The notes under the pieces were generated by a model, which was not told the origin of the DNA, searched no databases, and worked only from the letters and a program-made list of their open reading frames with translations. From a bacterium (GTDB taxonomy: Bacteria > Patescibacteriota > Minisyncoccia > Phycocordibacterales > UBA9973), in contig JBAWZD010000001.1 in assembly GCA_037143195.1 (NCBI GenBank), forward strand, positions 208,892 to 272,891: DNA of 64,000 nt, given 5' to 3'. This document shows positions 50,820 to 60,243 of the stretch, in pieces. Made by a program: the position numbers and the translations under genes. Position 1 is the stretch's first letter. Each line of letters starts with the position of its first letter.

Positions 50820-51731
50820 CTATTCTAACACTATCTTGTACTTTTTTAAAAATATACCTGTTGAAAATCTCTCCTTACTTTTCTTGAGGCCTTCTAATCC
50901 TAGATCTTGCTCAAAATTTAAGTACTGACAACCGTGTTCGATTAATATCCTCGCAGTCTCCTTCATCATATAATCGTAAATTCCGTTATGGGAAAAGTCT
51001 GCTTTAACATAGTGACATATAGCGTTTACATCATCGACTATTTCAGCAAGATGGTACCCAACAATTTGATCGTCAATAAACACCCCTACCGTAACAATAT
51101 TACGGTGCTCAGGAACAGCTAAAAACCTATCGATAGCTATTAATTCGTTACGAACTTCATCGTATGGGTCTTTTTCAGCCTTATAACGCATCCAAGCTAT
51201 GTTAATTTTCTTTATATTAAACTTAGTTTTTTCGTCGTTAATATCCAATATTTCCGCTCTGAGTGTTGGGCAAGTACGCATCAATTTATTCATTGCTGTT
51301 CTTTTACTTGCAAAATGTCCTCCAGAGAAACTGGAGAGTACTTTTAGGTCATAAATATAGTCAAATTGATCTGGCTCCTCAATTTTTTCAAATTTTTCTG
51401 GATCAATTAAATTAGCAACAATTTCTGGGATCAGCTTTAATTCTTTACAGCTCGTATCAAGTGAGCAAACGTAATCCTTAAGCGCCTCTACTGTTTTAGT
51501 TAGTTCATTCTTACCAATCAGAGAATAAAAAGAATCTTCAGTTAGATAGTGCGAAAATCGAACAATTAAATTATTATTTAAATACGAAACAGCCATGTCA
51601 CCACGAACGTCCCATGTCCACATACTTACAAAGTTAAAGTCAGAATACGGTGGGAATTGATGTGTAAAATTCTCGATTTCGTCTTTGTCAGACAATTCGA
51701 GCTTTTTGAATTCTGGGAATTGTGGAATCAT
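50820..51731 (-). CDS. DUF2156-like GNAT/Fem-type (aminoacyl-transferase-like) protein
   Basis: SDFNF.SM..W, DYIY....L....G, H..KAD....GIY and YLNFEQDLGLEGLKKSK. Confidence 0.85.
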   Translation of the reverse strand: MIPQFPEFKKLELSDKDEIENFTHQFPPYSDFNFVSMWTWDVRGDMAVSYLNNNLIVRFSHYLTEDSFYSLIGKNELTKTVEALKDYVCSLDTSCKELKLIPEIVANLIDPEKFEKIEEPDQFDYIYDLKVLSSFSGGHFASKRTAMNKLMRTCPTLRAEILDINDEKTKFNIKKINIAWMRYKAEKDPYDEVRNELIAIDRFLAVPEHRNIVTVGVFIDDQIVGYHLAEIVDDVNAICHYVKADFSHNGIYDYMMKETARILIEHGCQYLNFEQDLGLEGLKKSKERFSTGIFLKKYKIVLE

Positions 51732-51742
51732 AAGGGTTTTGA

Positions 51743-52657
51743 TTAGTAGATGAGAAATCCCCCGACACATACGAGGAGGATACCTAAAACATATTGTAAC
51801 ATGAATACCGGTTTATCGCAAGGGTCTAAGAACTTCGGGAAAAAAACCGTTATAATATAAGCCTCGATGAGGACGAATACGGGCTGAATCGAGCTAATCG
51901 AGAGCACGAGCGCCACTGGAGCGAGCAGTATGGCCGCGTTTGTGGCCATGAGCGCAACGATGTTCATAACCTCGGCAAGACCGGTCAATCCAAGTGAATT
52001 CAGGCTCTTTTTGGTGAGCATGTCTATCGCCTGCTTTCGATATGGCGCAACACCAAAGAAAAGCAGGAAACCAACCATGCCGATACCCAAGTATTGCCAG
52101 AACATCGCCGTCCAAAATGGAATATGCTCACCGACGATTTTGAATAGCGTGTTATAAATCCCAACGAATGTTGTCGCGACGATCATCAGGAGTAACACGT
52201 GTCCATTAAACGATAGTCGCTCACCTTTCTTTTTGATAATGAGCAAAGTACCGACAAGAATCACGAGGACTGCAAGAAATTGCATACCCGTAGGTGATTC
52301 GCTCAGCATGAGATATCCAAACAAAAGCCCCATAATTGGGGCGAATTGAAAGAGCGAAATAACAGTGGCTGTTGATTCGGCTTCAAGTGCCCAAAAATAG
52401 AACAATATGTAGAGTGCTTCAAACATTCCGGAGAGAATGAGCACTCCGACTGATTGCGAATCAAGTGTGATCCCAAGCGCACCTTGTTTGAGAAAGATGC
52501 ATCCAGCAGCAATCAAACTCACGAGCGAGGAAAGAATCAATAGTCCTCCACTACCTCCCTCACCCTCTCCTTGTGAATTCGAAAGGAGGAATTTGTCGAG
52601 GTAATTTGCGACACTCCATGCGAGCGGAGCGAGGAGGGCTAAGAGGAACCAGTTCAT
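51743..52657 (-). CDS. EamA/DMT family transporter
   Basis: About 10 TM in two repeats; NYLDKFLL and L.ES patterns. Confidence 0.88.
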   Translation of the reverse strand: MNWFLLALLAPLAWSVANYLDKFLLSNSQGEGEGGSGGLLILSSLVSLIAAGCIFLKQGALGITLDSQSVGVLILSGMFEALYILFYFWALEAESTATVISLFQFAPIMGLLFGYLMLSESPTGMQFLAVLVILVGTLLIIKKKGERLSFNGHVLLLMIVATTFVGIYNTLFKIVGEHIPFWTAMFWQYLGIGMVGFLLFFGVAPYRKQAIDMLTKKSLNSLGLTGLAEVMNIVALMATNAAILLAPVALVLSISSIQPVFVLIEAYIITVFFPKFLDPCDKPVFMLQYVLGILLVCVGGFLIY

Positions 52658-52672
52658 AAGTAATGGATAGTA

Positions 52673-53527
52673 TTAGACGTGCCAAAGCGAACGAAAGAAC
52701 GTTGGTTTTTCATTTAGTGCAGATTCGTCTGTCTCTCCACAAAAACCGAGCACGCCGAAAGTCAGCAAAAAGAGAGCGGTGGTAAAAATAATATCACCAA
52801 GGTCGCCGTTGAAATATGTCGCGAGACTCGTAGTGTACGAAAAGACTGAGTCCGCAACAAACATAACTGCGAGACCAGACAATATTGAGAAAATAGCAAT
52901 GCGATATTCACTCATGATAAAACGGAACGAGAGACCCGAGATTATGACGGCTGCAGTCAAGCTGATGAAATCTCCAAGTGGATATGCGATATCAAAGAAA
53001 TTTTTAAGTGGAGAATCCGAACTCGACAAAAGTACTCCTTGGCGAGCAACCGTGATCAAGAAATAGTACGAGAAAAAGAACATGATGACTGGGGCAATGA
53101 CCATGAAGAGCGAAGCGAACCGTCGGCGAAGTCCGAGGTCTGCACCAGCAGCACGTGCGAGGTACACTGCACCAATACAATAGAAAAACACACTTGGAGC
53201 AAAGCCAAGGTCTGCAAATGATGGGTATGGAGCAGACACACCAGTAAAGAAATTGTAGTAAGACCAAATCAATTCACCACATCCCCAACAGAAAAGTCCT
53301 AATCCAAGAAAGAATACACCACGACTCACATAACCCTTCATGCTCGTCCAATCACGTGCACGAAGCATCGCGACGAGACCACCAAAGAACGGAAGCAATC
53401 CCATGAGAAACGAGAAGAAATAATTTAAGTTACCAAATGTTCGGTGAGTTGCAAAAAGGAAGAACCAAAAAATAATCATTCCGGTCATATACCAAACCGA
53501 GATTCGCTGCGCGTAATTTATTTTCAT
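52673..53527 (-). CDS. Stand-alone 7-8 TM putative sensor domain protein
   Basis: GELIWSYY, PYPSFADLGF, AYPLGD and VADSVF motifs; no cytoplasmic output domain. Confidence 0.78.
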   Translation of the reverse strand: MKINYAQRISVWYMTGMIIFWFFLFATHRTFGNLNYFFSFLMGLLPFFGGLVAMLRARDWTSMKGYVSRGVFFLGLGLFCWGCGELIWSYYNFFTGVSAPYPSFADLGFAPSVFFYCIGAVYLARAAGADLGLRRRFASLFMVIAPVIMFFFSYYFLITVARQGVLLSSSDSPLKNFFDIAYPLGDFISLTAAVIISGLSFRFIMSEYRIAIFSILSGLAVMFVADSVFSYTTSLATYFNGDLGDIIFTTALFLLTFGVLGFCGETDESALNEKPTFFRSLWHV

Positions 53528-53609
53528 CGCAAATATTGTACCATAAAGTCAACCGATTTCGGAAAGTGAATATCTTTTTCTCTTCATTTTCTCGTGGTAT
53601 TATGCACGC

Positions 53610-54512
53610 ATGCCACAATCAATCATTAATACAAAAGACCCGAAGGTCGCAGACGCGCATATTATCAGTGCTCCGTACGATGCAACTGCATCATTCCACA
53701 AAGGTACAGCCGAAGGTCCAAAGAAAGTCGTCGAATGTCTCAACACGCAGATTGAATTCTGGGACAAGCGATACGGAATCGAGTCAACCGACTATATCAA
53801 AATCGCCCATACTGAAATCCCTGGCCTCGCCAAGATGGCTCCGGATGAAGCACATGCGGCTGTGGTCAAAATGTGTTCTGAGAGTGTTGCTCCGCTCACC
53901 CTTCTTCTCGGTGGCGAACATTCGATGAGTTTTGGTGCACTTAAAGCACTCGCAAAGAAAGAAAATCCAAAGGATGTGACCATTTTCCAGATTGATGCTC
54001 ACTGTGACCTCCGCAAGGACGACAGCGACTACAACGACACTGACCCAACGGAATATGCTCACTCGGCAGTTATGCGTCGCGCACACGAACTTGGATTCAA
54101 TCTCGTACAGGTTGGTATTCGTGCCTACTCAAAAGAAGAGTCTGACTATTTTTCCTCGTTCAAAAATATCAAAACGTTTGAGTGGAATGGTGAAAAAATT
54201 CCAAGTATTGCTAAAGTTGTCGCCGCTATCAAGACAAAGAAAGTGTACATCTCAATCGACGTTGATGGTATTGATCCGGCCTTCATGCCAGGTACCGGAA
54301 CTCCGGTCCAAGGTGGTCTTGAGTGGTGGTACACATTAAAGCTCCTCGAAAAAGTCATCGAAAAGAAAACACTTGTCGGTGCCGATGTTGTCGAAGTCTC
54401 CCCTGTCCCAGACAACGTGCTCACCGAATACGGCGCAGCGCAAATCGTGTACAACATGATAAACACCTTCTACAAGAAACGCCTTCTCGCAGCGAAAAAG
54501 AATTTAAAGTAG
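53610..54512 (+). CDS. speB: Agmatinase (ureohydrolase family)
   Basis: GGEHS, DAHCD, VGIR and SIDVDGIDP...PGTGTP. Confidence 0.92.
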   Translation: MPQSIINTKDPKVADAHIISAPYDATASFHKGTAEGPKKVVECLNTQIEFWDKRYGIESTDYIKIAHTEIPGLAKMAPDEAHAAVVKMCSESVAPLTLLLGGEHSMSFGALKALAKKENPKDVTIFQIDAHCDLRKDDSDYNDTDPTEYAHSAVMRRAHELGFNLVQVGIRAYSKEESDYFSSFKNIKTFEWNGEKIPSIAKVVAAIKTKKVYISIDVDGIDPAFMPGTGTPVQGGLEWWYTLKLLEKVIEKKTLVGADVVEVSPVPDNVLTEYGAAQIVYNMINTFYKKRLLAAKKNLK

Positions 54513-54534
54513 AAAACGTTTACAGAAGCACGGC

Positions 54535-54666
54535 AGGCAGAAAAGTAAAAAACACCTCAAGAAAGGACTCGCGGAGCGCGACGGCGCGAGCGTGAGGCGA
54601 AATTTCTTCAGAAATTTACGCCGGTCCTTTCGGAGGTGTTTTTTTACTTTTCTGCCTCTTTTTTTC
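54535..54666 (+). repeat. Structured intergenic repeat, copy 1 (core 54561-54631)
   Basis: 71-nt core with 66/71 identity to 58711-58781, enclosed by a ~24-bp inverted repeat and followed by a T-tract. Confidence 0.9.
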
Positions 54667-54668
54667 TG

Positions 54669-55688
54669 TTATGCGTACTGCTTAATGAGCGCATTTGCTG
54701 CTTCAGGGTTTGCCTTCGCTTCAAGAAGTGCGGTAAGCATGAGCGGAGCGACGATAGTCGCGTCTGATTCAACCACGAACATTGGAGTGTCTTTGGTGAG
54801 CTTGTCCCATGTGATCTTCTCGTTTGGAGTAGCACCTGAATATGATCCGTATGAAGTTGTCGAATCTGAAATCTGACAGAAGTAAGCCCATGGCTTCACA
54901 TCCTTGACTTCAACGTCGTATTTGAGCGATGGCACGACGCAGATTGGGAAATCTCCAGCAATACCTCCTCCAATTTGGAAGAATCCAACACCAGCACCTT
55001 CGGACATTTTCTGATACTGCTCATAAAATGCAGCCATGTACTCAACACCACTCTTTACGATTGAAGCTGAACAGTCATTGTGATACACGTGACCCGCAAA
55101 AATGTTTCCGAATGTTGAGTCTTCATATCCTGGAACAACAATTGGAATATTTGCCTGCGCTGCTGCGAGCAACCAACATTCATTCACGTCACCTTGGTAA
55201 TCCTTTGGATCAACTTGCTGAATGAGCTCGTAGAAATATTCGTGCCAGAAGCGACGAGTTTTGTCTTCGGTAGCTTTGATCCATGTAGGCACAATCTGTT
55301 TTTCAACGACGCGGAATGCTTCGTCTTCTGGAATCGAAGTATCAGTCACACGACGCATGCGATTTTCAAGGATCTTTGTGTCGTCCTCTTTTGTAAAGTA
55401 GCGATAATCAGGAAAATCTTTGTAATGATCGTGTGCAACGAGACGGAAGAGTGATTCCTCAAGGTTTGCACCAGTGACAGACATTCCCGAAATGAGCCCA
55501 GCGCGGATGGCTGGAGCAAGCACAATACCAAGCTGAGCAGAACTCATCGCTCCCGCAACAGCCCAGAACATCTTTCCACCTTTCTGTGTGTGCTCCCAAT
55601 ATGAGAGAGTGGCATCACGAAGTGCTCGTGAATTGAAGTTCTTGTAATTCTTCAAAATAAATTCAAATGTTGGAAGATTGTTATTCAT
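54669..55688 (-). CDS. Deoxyhypusine synthase-like protein (probable homospermidine-pathway enzyme)
   Basis: TGANLEE, DSTFG, IGGG and SYSGATPNEKITWDK (DHS active-site Lys region), ESDATIVAP. Confidence 0.9.
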   Translation of the reverse strand: MNNNLPTFEFILKNYKNFNSRALRDATLSYWEHTQKGGKMFWAVAGAMSSAQLGIVLAPAIRAGLISGMSVTGANLEESLFRLVAHDHYKDFPDYRYFTKEDDTKILENRMRRVTDTSIPEDEAFRVVEKQIVPTWIKATEDKTRRFWHEYFYELIQQVDPKDYQGDVNECWLLAAAQANIPIVVPGYEDSTFGNIFAGHVYHNDCSASIVKSGVEYMAAFYEQYQKMSEGAGVGFFQIGGGIAGDFPICVVPSLKYDVEVKDVKPWAYFCQISDSTTSYGSYSGATPNEKITWDKLTKDTPMFVVESDATIVAPLMLTALLEAKANPEAANALIKQYA

Positions 55689-55713
55689 AGGAATGAGTAT
55701 ATCAAATTATAAT

Positions 55714-57087
55714 TTACCAACCGAACTTTTGTCCGACATCCTCTGGACTTTCACGTTTGCGAGCGACAACAATGTGTCCGTTCTCAGCAATGATCTTCAG
55801 TGGCGCAGACAAGAGACAGTGCTTCATTGAGAGCGATGCTTGGTAACCTCCGGTATCGAATATTACGATATACATTGGATCCTGCGTATCAAAATCATAG
55901 TCAGGCAACGTCACTGAGCCATTGATGCCTTTGTATGTATCGTCAGAATCACATGTCGAACCTGCGAGCCAGACTTCATTCAGGTTCTTGTCATTTTTGT
56001 TGTTGGCTGGTGCCATGGCCCATTTTTGACCAATCGCCCACGTGTCACACAGATCGTTCATAAAGCTTCCATCAATAACATACCATTTCTTTCCCTCAGC
56101 TTTTTTGTCGTAAATCTTTTTTGTATCACTCACTTTGTAGACCGTAATCTGGGCTGGGTACACCATGTAACTTCCCCACTCGCAAATAAGGTTTGGGTGC
56201 GGAACACCACGCTTATCGGCTTCGCTCTTCAAAAGTTCAAAGATTTTTTCCATGAGTTTTTCGATAGAGTACGTCTTGGTTCGAGTGAAAGGAATCGGCA
56301 TTCCTCCTCCGATATCGAGCGTGTCGAGCGATGGGTTTTTTTCCTTCAACTTGAAGTATACGTTCAACGCGTACTTGATTGGCGGAAGCATGTCATTGAT
56401 CGTCTCGATTTGTCCACCAATGTGGTAGTGCAAAATTTTCAAGTTTTTAAACTTGTCCATCGCGAGAATTTCTTCTGCTGGAAATCCAAATCGGTCGATA
56501 GGCTTATTCCAACGTGAATTGACCTTCACCTTCATAGCAAGACGAATACCCACGTCGTAGCGTGAGTGTTGCAATACTTTGAGCTCGTTTGGTCCTTCAA
56601 TAAGCGGAAAGACTTTTGTACCCTTGTGCTGAAGCTCGTCGATGAGATTGAGATATTTGTCTGTCTTCGGACCGTTACAAAGAATGCGGATGTTTGGGTT
56701 GAATGTTTCCGCATCAAGCATCTTTTTGATGAGATAGAGGTCGTTGTACGATGAAGTCTCAAGATGAGCACCGTCACCAACAAGGGCCATGATGACCTCC
56801 TTGTTTTGGTTCACCTTCATCGGGTAGTGATAAAAGAACTTTCCGTGATAGCCGATCTTTTTGGCGAGTTCCTTGTTTAAGTCGAGAAAATCCTCGAGAC
56901 GTTCCTCAATTACAAACGGCATGAGAATCTGGAGCGGAGTGCCCATCTTCTCTGCAAGATAGCGAACATTATAAATGTTGTGTCCCTCTTTGATAATAAG
57001 GTCACCGTCTTTGTTGAAGTCGAAATACTGGGTGTTGTATTCCTTCATGCCGATTTTCCAAAGTTTTTTGGATGAGGTTGGTTTCAT
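55714..57087 (-). CDS. speA: Arginine decarboxylase (fold III PLP, compact form)
   Basis: YPMKVNQ PLP-Lys motif, CNG.K, HYHIGGQ, DIGGG and TCDSD; clustered with agmatinase. Confidence 0.8.
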   Translation of the reverse strand: MKPTSSKKLWKIGMKEYNTQYFDFNKDGDLIIKEGHNIYNVRYLAEKMGTPLQILMPFVIEERLEDFLDLNKELAKKIGYHGKFFYHYPMKVNQNKEVIMALVGDGAHLETSSYNDLYLIKKMLDAETFNPNIRILCNGPKTDKYLNLIDELQHKGTKVFPLIEGPNELKVLQHSRYDVGIRLAMKVKVNSRWNKPIDRFGFPAEEILAMDKFKNLKILHYHIGGQIETINDMLPPIKYALNVYFKLKEKNPSLDTLDIGGGMPIPFTRTKTYSIEKLMEKIFELLKSEADKRGVPHPNLICEWGSYMVYPAQITVYKVSDTKKIYDKKAEGKKWYVIDGSFMNDLCDTWAIGQKWAMAPANNKNDKNLNEVWLAGSTCDSDDTYKGINGSVTLPDYDFDTQDPMYIVIFDTGGYQASLSMKHCLLSAPLKIIAENGHIVVARKRESPEDVGQKFGW

Positions 57088-57184
57088 TTCTCGTTAAATA
57101 TAGATATGGAGGTCTCTTTTTGCTTATTTTTTTAATGCGCAAATAATAGCATCTACGTCGAGAATGTAAATAGGTCAACCCGAG

Positions 57185-57193
57185 TTATCCACA
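57185..57193 (+). promoter_or_regulatory. Perfect DnaA box
   Basis: TTATCCACA in a divergent intergenic region; single copy. Confidence 0.35.
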
Positions 57194-57252
57194 TTTTTGA
57201 ATTTGTTTACCTTGCATGGTTGCGATGGTTTACTTGAGCAAAACCAATTCTT

Positions 57253-57642
57253 ATGTGCAAAAATAATCACGAAAGTCCGAAAGATCTTGATTTTGTTTAC
57301 TGCCCTAAGTGCAACCAAGAACGCAGGGGCAAAATAAATTCAGATTACATTTTTCATTGTTCACGTTGCCAGCATTCATGGGCAACGCGAAACAATAAAC
57401 CAATTGCCTCCCGGGTTGAAATTAAGGAAGGAAAGCTAGCTGTATTCTATTTCGAAGATACTTTAAATGAGGACTACTCATTTTCTTCACGCCGGAAATT
57501 TCCGGCAAAAAAAGCATTGTTTATCAATAAATATGGGGTGATTGTCAAAATCGACAATCACCCTACATTTTTTATAGTCCCTCTTCTTGAAGCAACTCCA
57601 CAGCCTCCTTCGCCTTGCGGGAAAGTTTGGTTGGAATTTTGA
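57253..57642 (+). CDS. Hypothetical zinc-ribbon protein
   Basis: CPKC...CSRC pairs; 3' end overlaps the dnaJ 3' end by 71 nt. Confidence 0.5.
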   Translation: MCKNNHESPKDLDFVYCPKCNQERRGKINSDYIFHCSRCQHSWATRNNKPIASRVEIKEGKLAVFYFEDTLNEDYSFSSRRKFPAKKALFINKYGVIVKIDNHPTFFIVPLLEATPQPPSPCGKVWLEF

Positions 57643-58657
57643 CGGTGACTTTGATCATGAGATCACCACGGCGACTTTTACCAGCGGGTACGCCACGCTC
57701 CTTGACGCGAAGCTGAGTGCCACTTGCGATGCCTTCCGGTATCTTGATCGTTACCGAGCCATCAAGTGTCTCTACGAAGCGCTCAGCCCCGAGAATAGCC
57801 TCTGAGAGCTTCACGTCCATGTCCATGAGCAAGTTGATACGATCACGGCGGAATGTTGGGTGCGACTGCACGTTAATCTTCACGTACAAATCTCCGGTTG
57901 CACCTTTGCGTACCGCTTCACCCATACCGGTGAGACGAATCATTTCCCCTGGTTCGATTCCTGCTGGAACGCGAATTTCAATTTCTTCTTCTTTTCGATG
58001 TACGCCAGCGCCTTTGCATGTCGAACACATTTCTTGTGGCACGGTACCTGCTCCAGCACACACGTCACACACGCGAGTGGTCGTGACTGGTCCGAGTATT
58101 GAACGACGAGTCTCGCGAACTTGACCCTTTCCGTTACACTGCGAACAACTCACCGATTTACTTCCCTGTTTTGCTCCCGAACCTTCACACGTGTCACATG
58201 TCGAGACTTTTGTAATCAAAATTTTGCGCACGGTTCCAAAAATACTGTCAGCGAATGGGATTGTAATTTCAGTCGAGATATCGCGACCACGTCGAGGTTG
58301 ATTGCCCCCGCGTCCTCCACCAAAAAACTCACCGAAGATATCGCCGAGGTCACCCATGTCGAAACCTTGTCCGTTTTGGAATCCTGAAAAATCAAATCCT
58401 TCAAACCCACCTTGATTAAATCCACCTTGTCCGCCGAATCCTTGTGGTCCTTCTGATCCAAATCGGTCGTATTGAGCGCGCTTTCCGTCGTCTGAAAGTG
58501 TTTGATATGCTTCGTTTACTTCTTTGAATTTCGAATCATCGCCCTTGTTCTTGTCAGGGTGATATTTATGAGCAAGCTTGTGAAAAGCCTTTTTGATTTC
58601 GTCTTTTGAGGCCTCTTTCGAGACGCCGAGAATGTTGTAAAAATCTTTGTTTGCCAT
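57572..58657 (-). CDS. dnaJ: Chaperone DnaJ
   Basis: J domain HPD, G/F-rich region and four CxxCxGxG repeats. Confidence 0.98.
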   Translation of the reverse strand: MANKDFYNILGVSKEASKDEIKKAFHKLAHKYHPDKNKGDDSKFKEVNEAYQTLSDDGKRAQYDRFGSEGPQGFGGQGGFNQGGFEGFDFSGFQNGQGFDMGDLGDIFGEFFGGGRGGNQPRRGRDISTEITIPFADSIFGTVRKILITKVSTCDTCEGSGAKQGSKSVSCSQCNGKGQVRETRRSILGPVTTTRVCDVCAGAGTVPQEMCSTCKGAGVHRKEEEIEIRVPAGIEPGEMIRLTGMGEAVRKGATGDLYVKINVQSHPTFRRDRINLLMDMDVKLSEAILGAERFVETLDGSVTIKIPEGIASGTQLRVKERGVPAGKSRRGDLMIKVTVKIPTKLSRKAKEAVELLQEEGL

Positions 58658-58683
58658 AATTTTGCCACTATACTACAAGCGGG

Positions 58684-58809
58684 TGTCAGCTAGCAAGAAA
58701 ACGTACTCGGGAAAGGACTCGCGGAGCGCGACGGCGCGAGCGTGAGGCGAAAATCCTTCAGGATTTTACGCTGGTCCTTTCATGAGTACGATTTTCTGGC
58801 TAGCTGACA
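58684..58809 (+). repeat. Structured intergenic repeat, copy 2 (core 58711-58781)
   Basis: Same core as copy 1 with compensatory changes; a different enclosing inverted repeat overlaps the gatB stop. Confidence 0.9.
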
Positions 58810-60230
58810 AGCTCTTTTATTAATTTTAAGGCGATTGCAGGGTTTGCGCTTCCTTTAGTTTCTTTCATCATTTGACCAACGAGACTCATGATTGCGGCTT
58901 CTTTACCAGCCTTGTAGTCTGCAACGACTTTTGGATTTGCTTCGATTATTTTTTGAGCGATAGCCTTGAGTGCTCCCTCGTCATTTTTTTGAATGAGGCC
59001 GTGCTGTTCGGCGAGCGCATTCGGCGAGCCGTCTACTTTGACAATCATCGCGAGAATATCTTTTGCCGCACGTGATGATACTTTGCCTTCAGTCACAAGA
59101 CCGACAAGTTCGGCAAAATTCTGTGGTGATGGTTTTTTTGCATCAGTATCGTTTTTGAGGATACCCAACAAATCCGACGTCGTGTAGTTTGATGCGATTT
59201 TTATTTTCTCAGAATCATTGAGTGCTTTTATGACTTCTTCAAACCAAACAGCAAGTTCAAAATCGTTTACATATCGCTCGATATCTTCATCTTTGATTCC
59301 ATAATCCTTTTTATATCGCGCGCGCTTTGCGACAGGAAGCTCTGGAAGGGCGTTCTTGAGCGCATTCATATCGAAGATTTCTGACAATTTTAATTTTGGA
59401 ATATCTGGGTCTGGGAAATATCGATAATCAGCTGCGGTTTCTTTTGCGCGCTGGCTGAATGTACTACCCTTCATTTCGTCCCAACCACGAGTCTCTTGTA
59501 CGATCTCGCCTTGTCGTCCCTCTTCGTACAAATCACGCATGCGATTGAGTTCATAACGGATAGCGCGCTCAACACTCTTGAATGAGTTCAAGTTCTTCAC
59601 TTCAACTTTTGTGCCCCACACTTTTTGATCAGGAGAAATCGAAATGTTTGCTTCGACACGCATCTCACCTTTTTCCATGTTTGCATACGACGCACCGAGG
59701 TACTGCAACAGGAGCTGATATTCGCGACCAAAATCTCCACCAGTTTTCGCAGCAGTTTCGATATCGTCGAATGTTTGCGCATCAGTCACAAGCTCCATAA
59801 GTGGCACTCCTCCACGATTAAAATCAATCAATGAGAAGTCTCCACGATCATGCTTGCTCGTCGCCGTATCTTCTTCAAGGTGAATACGTGTCACTTTCAT
59901 GTTGGCCAAACTTCCACCAGACACGATTGGGTATTTGTACTGAGAAATTTGGTAGCCTTTTGGAATATCGGGATAGAAATAGTTTTTGCGATCAAATTCA
60001 GTAAAGTCTGCAATTGTTCCGTCGATTGAAAGGCCGACGCGAATGACTTGTTCAATAGCGCGTTTGTTTGGCACCGGAATAGCTCCTGGATGCGCCATAC
60101 AGATAGGACAAATATTCACATTCGGCTTGGTCTCATCAGGATCGTTCTTACAACCACAAAACATTTTTGAGTTTGTGCGGAGTTCGGCGTGAATTTCGAG
60201 ACCAATGGTTGGATAGTAGTGTTTTTCCAT
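58800..60230 (-). CDS. gatB: Asp/Glu-tRNA amidotransferase subunit B
   Basis: IGLEIHAEL, FDRKNYFYPD, HLEED, EVKNLNS and DYRYFPDPD; start taken at MEKHYY. Confidence 0.98.
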   Translation of the reverse strand: MEKHYYPTIGLEIHAELRTNSKMFCGCKNDPDETKPNVNICPICMAHPGAIPVPNKRAIEQVIRVGLSIDGTIADFTEFDRKNYFYPDIPKGYQISQYKYPIVSGGSLANMKVTRIHLEEDTATSKHDRGDFSLIDFNRGGVPLMELVTDAQTFDDIETAAKTGGDFGREYQLLLQYLGASYANMEKGEMRVEANISISPDQKVWGTKVEVKNLNSFKSVERAIRYELNRMRDLYEEGRQGEIVQETRGWDEMKGSTFSQRAKETAADYRYFPDPDIPKLKLSEIFDMNALKNALPELPVAKRARYKKDYGIKDEDIERYVNDFELAVWFEEVIKALNDSEKIKIASNYTTSDLLGILKNDTDAKKPSPQNFAELVGLVTEGKVSSRAAKDILAMIVKVDGSPNALAEQHGLIQKNDEGALKAIAQKIIEANPKVVADYKAGKEAAIMSLVGQMMKETKGSANPAIALKLIKELVS

Positions 60231-60243
60231 AAATAATGTTGTT

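Noticed and set aside
54592-54876. 94-aa ORF starting within the repeat
   Set aside because: It is a translation of the palindromic element and lies antisense to the DHS-like gene.
57100-57250. Replication origin
   Set aside because: Only one perfect DnaA box, and no dnaA or dnaN nearby.
54535-58809. Repeat pair as transposon ends or CRISPR repeats
   Set aside because: The copies are in direct orientation 4.1 kb apart and flank dnaJ and metabolic genes. There is no transposase, cas gene, spacer array or evident target duplication.
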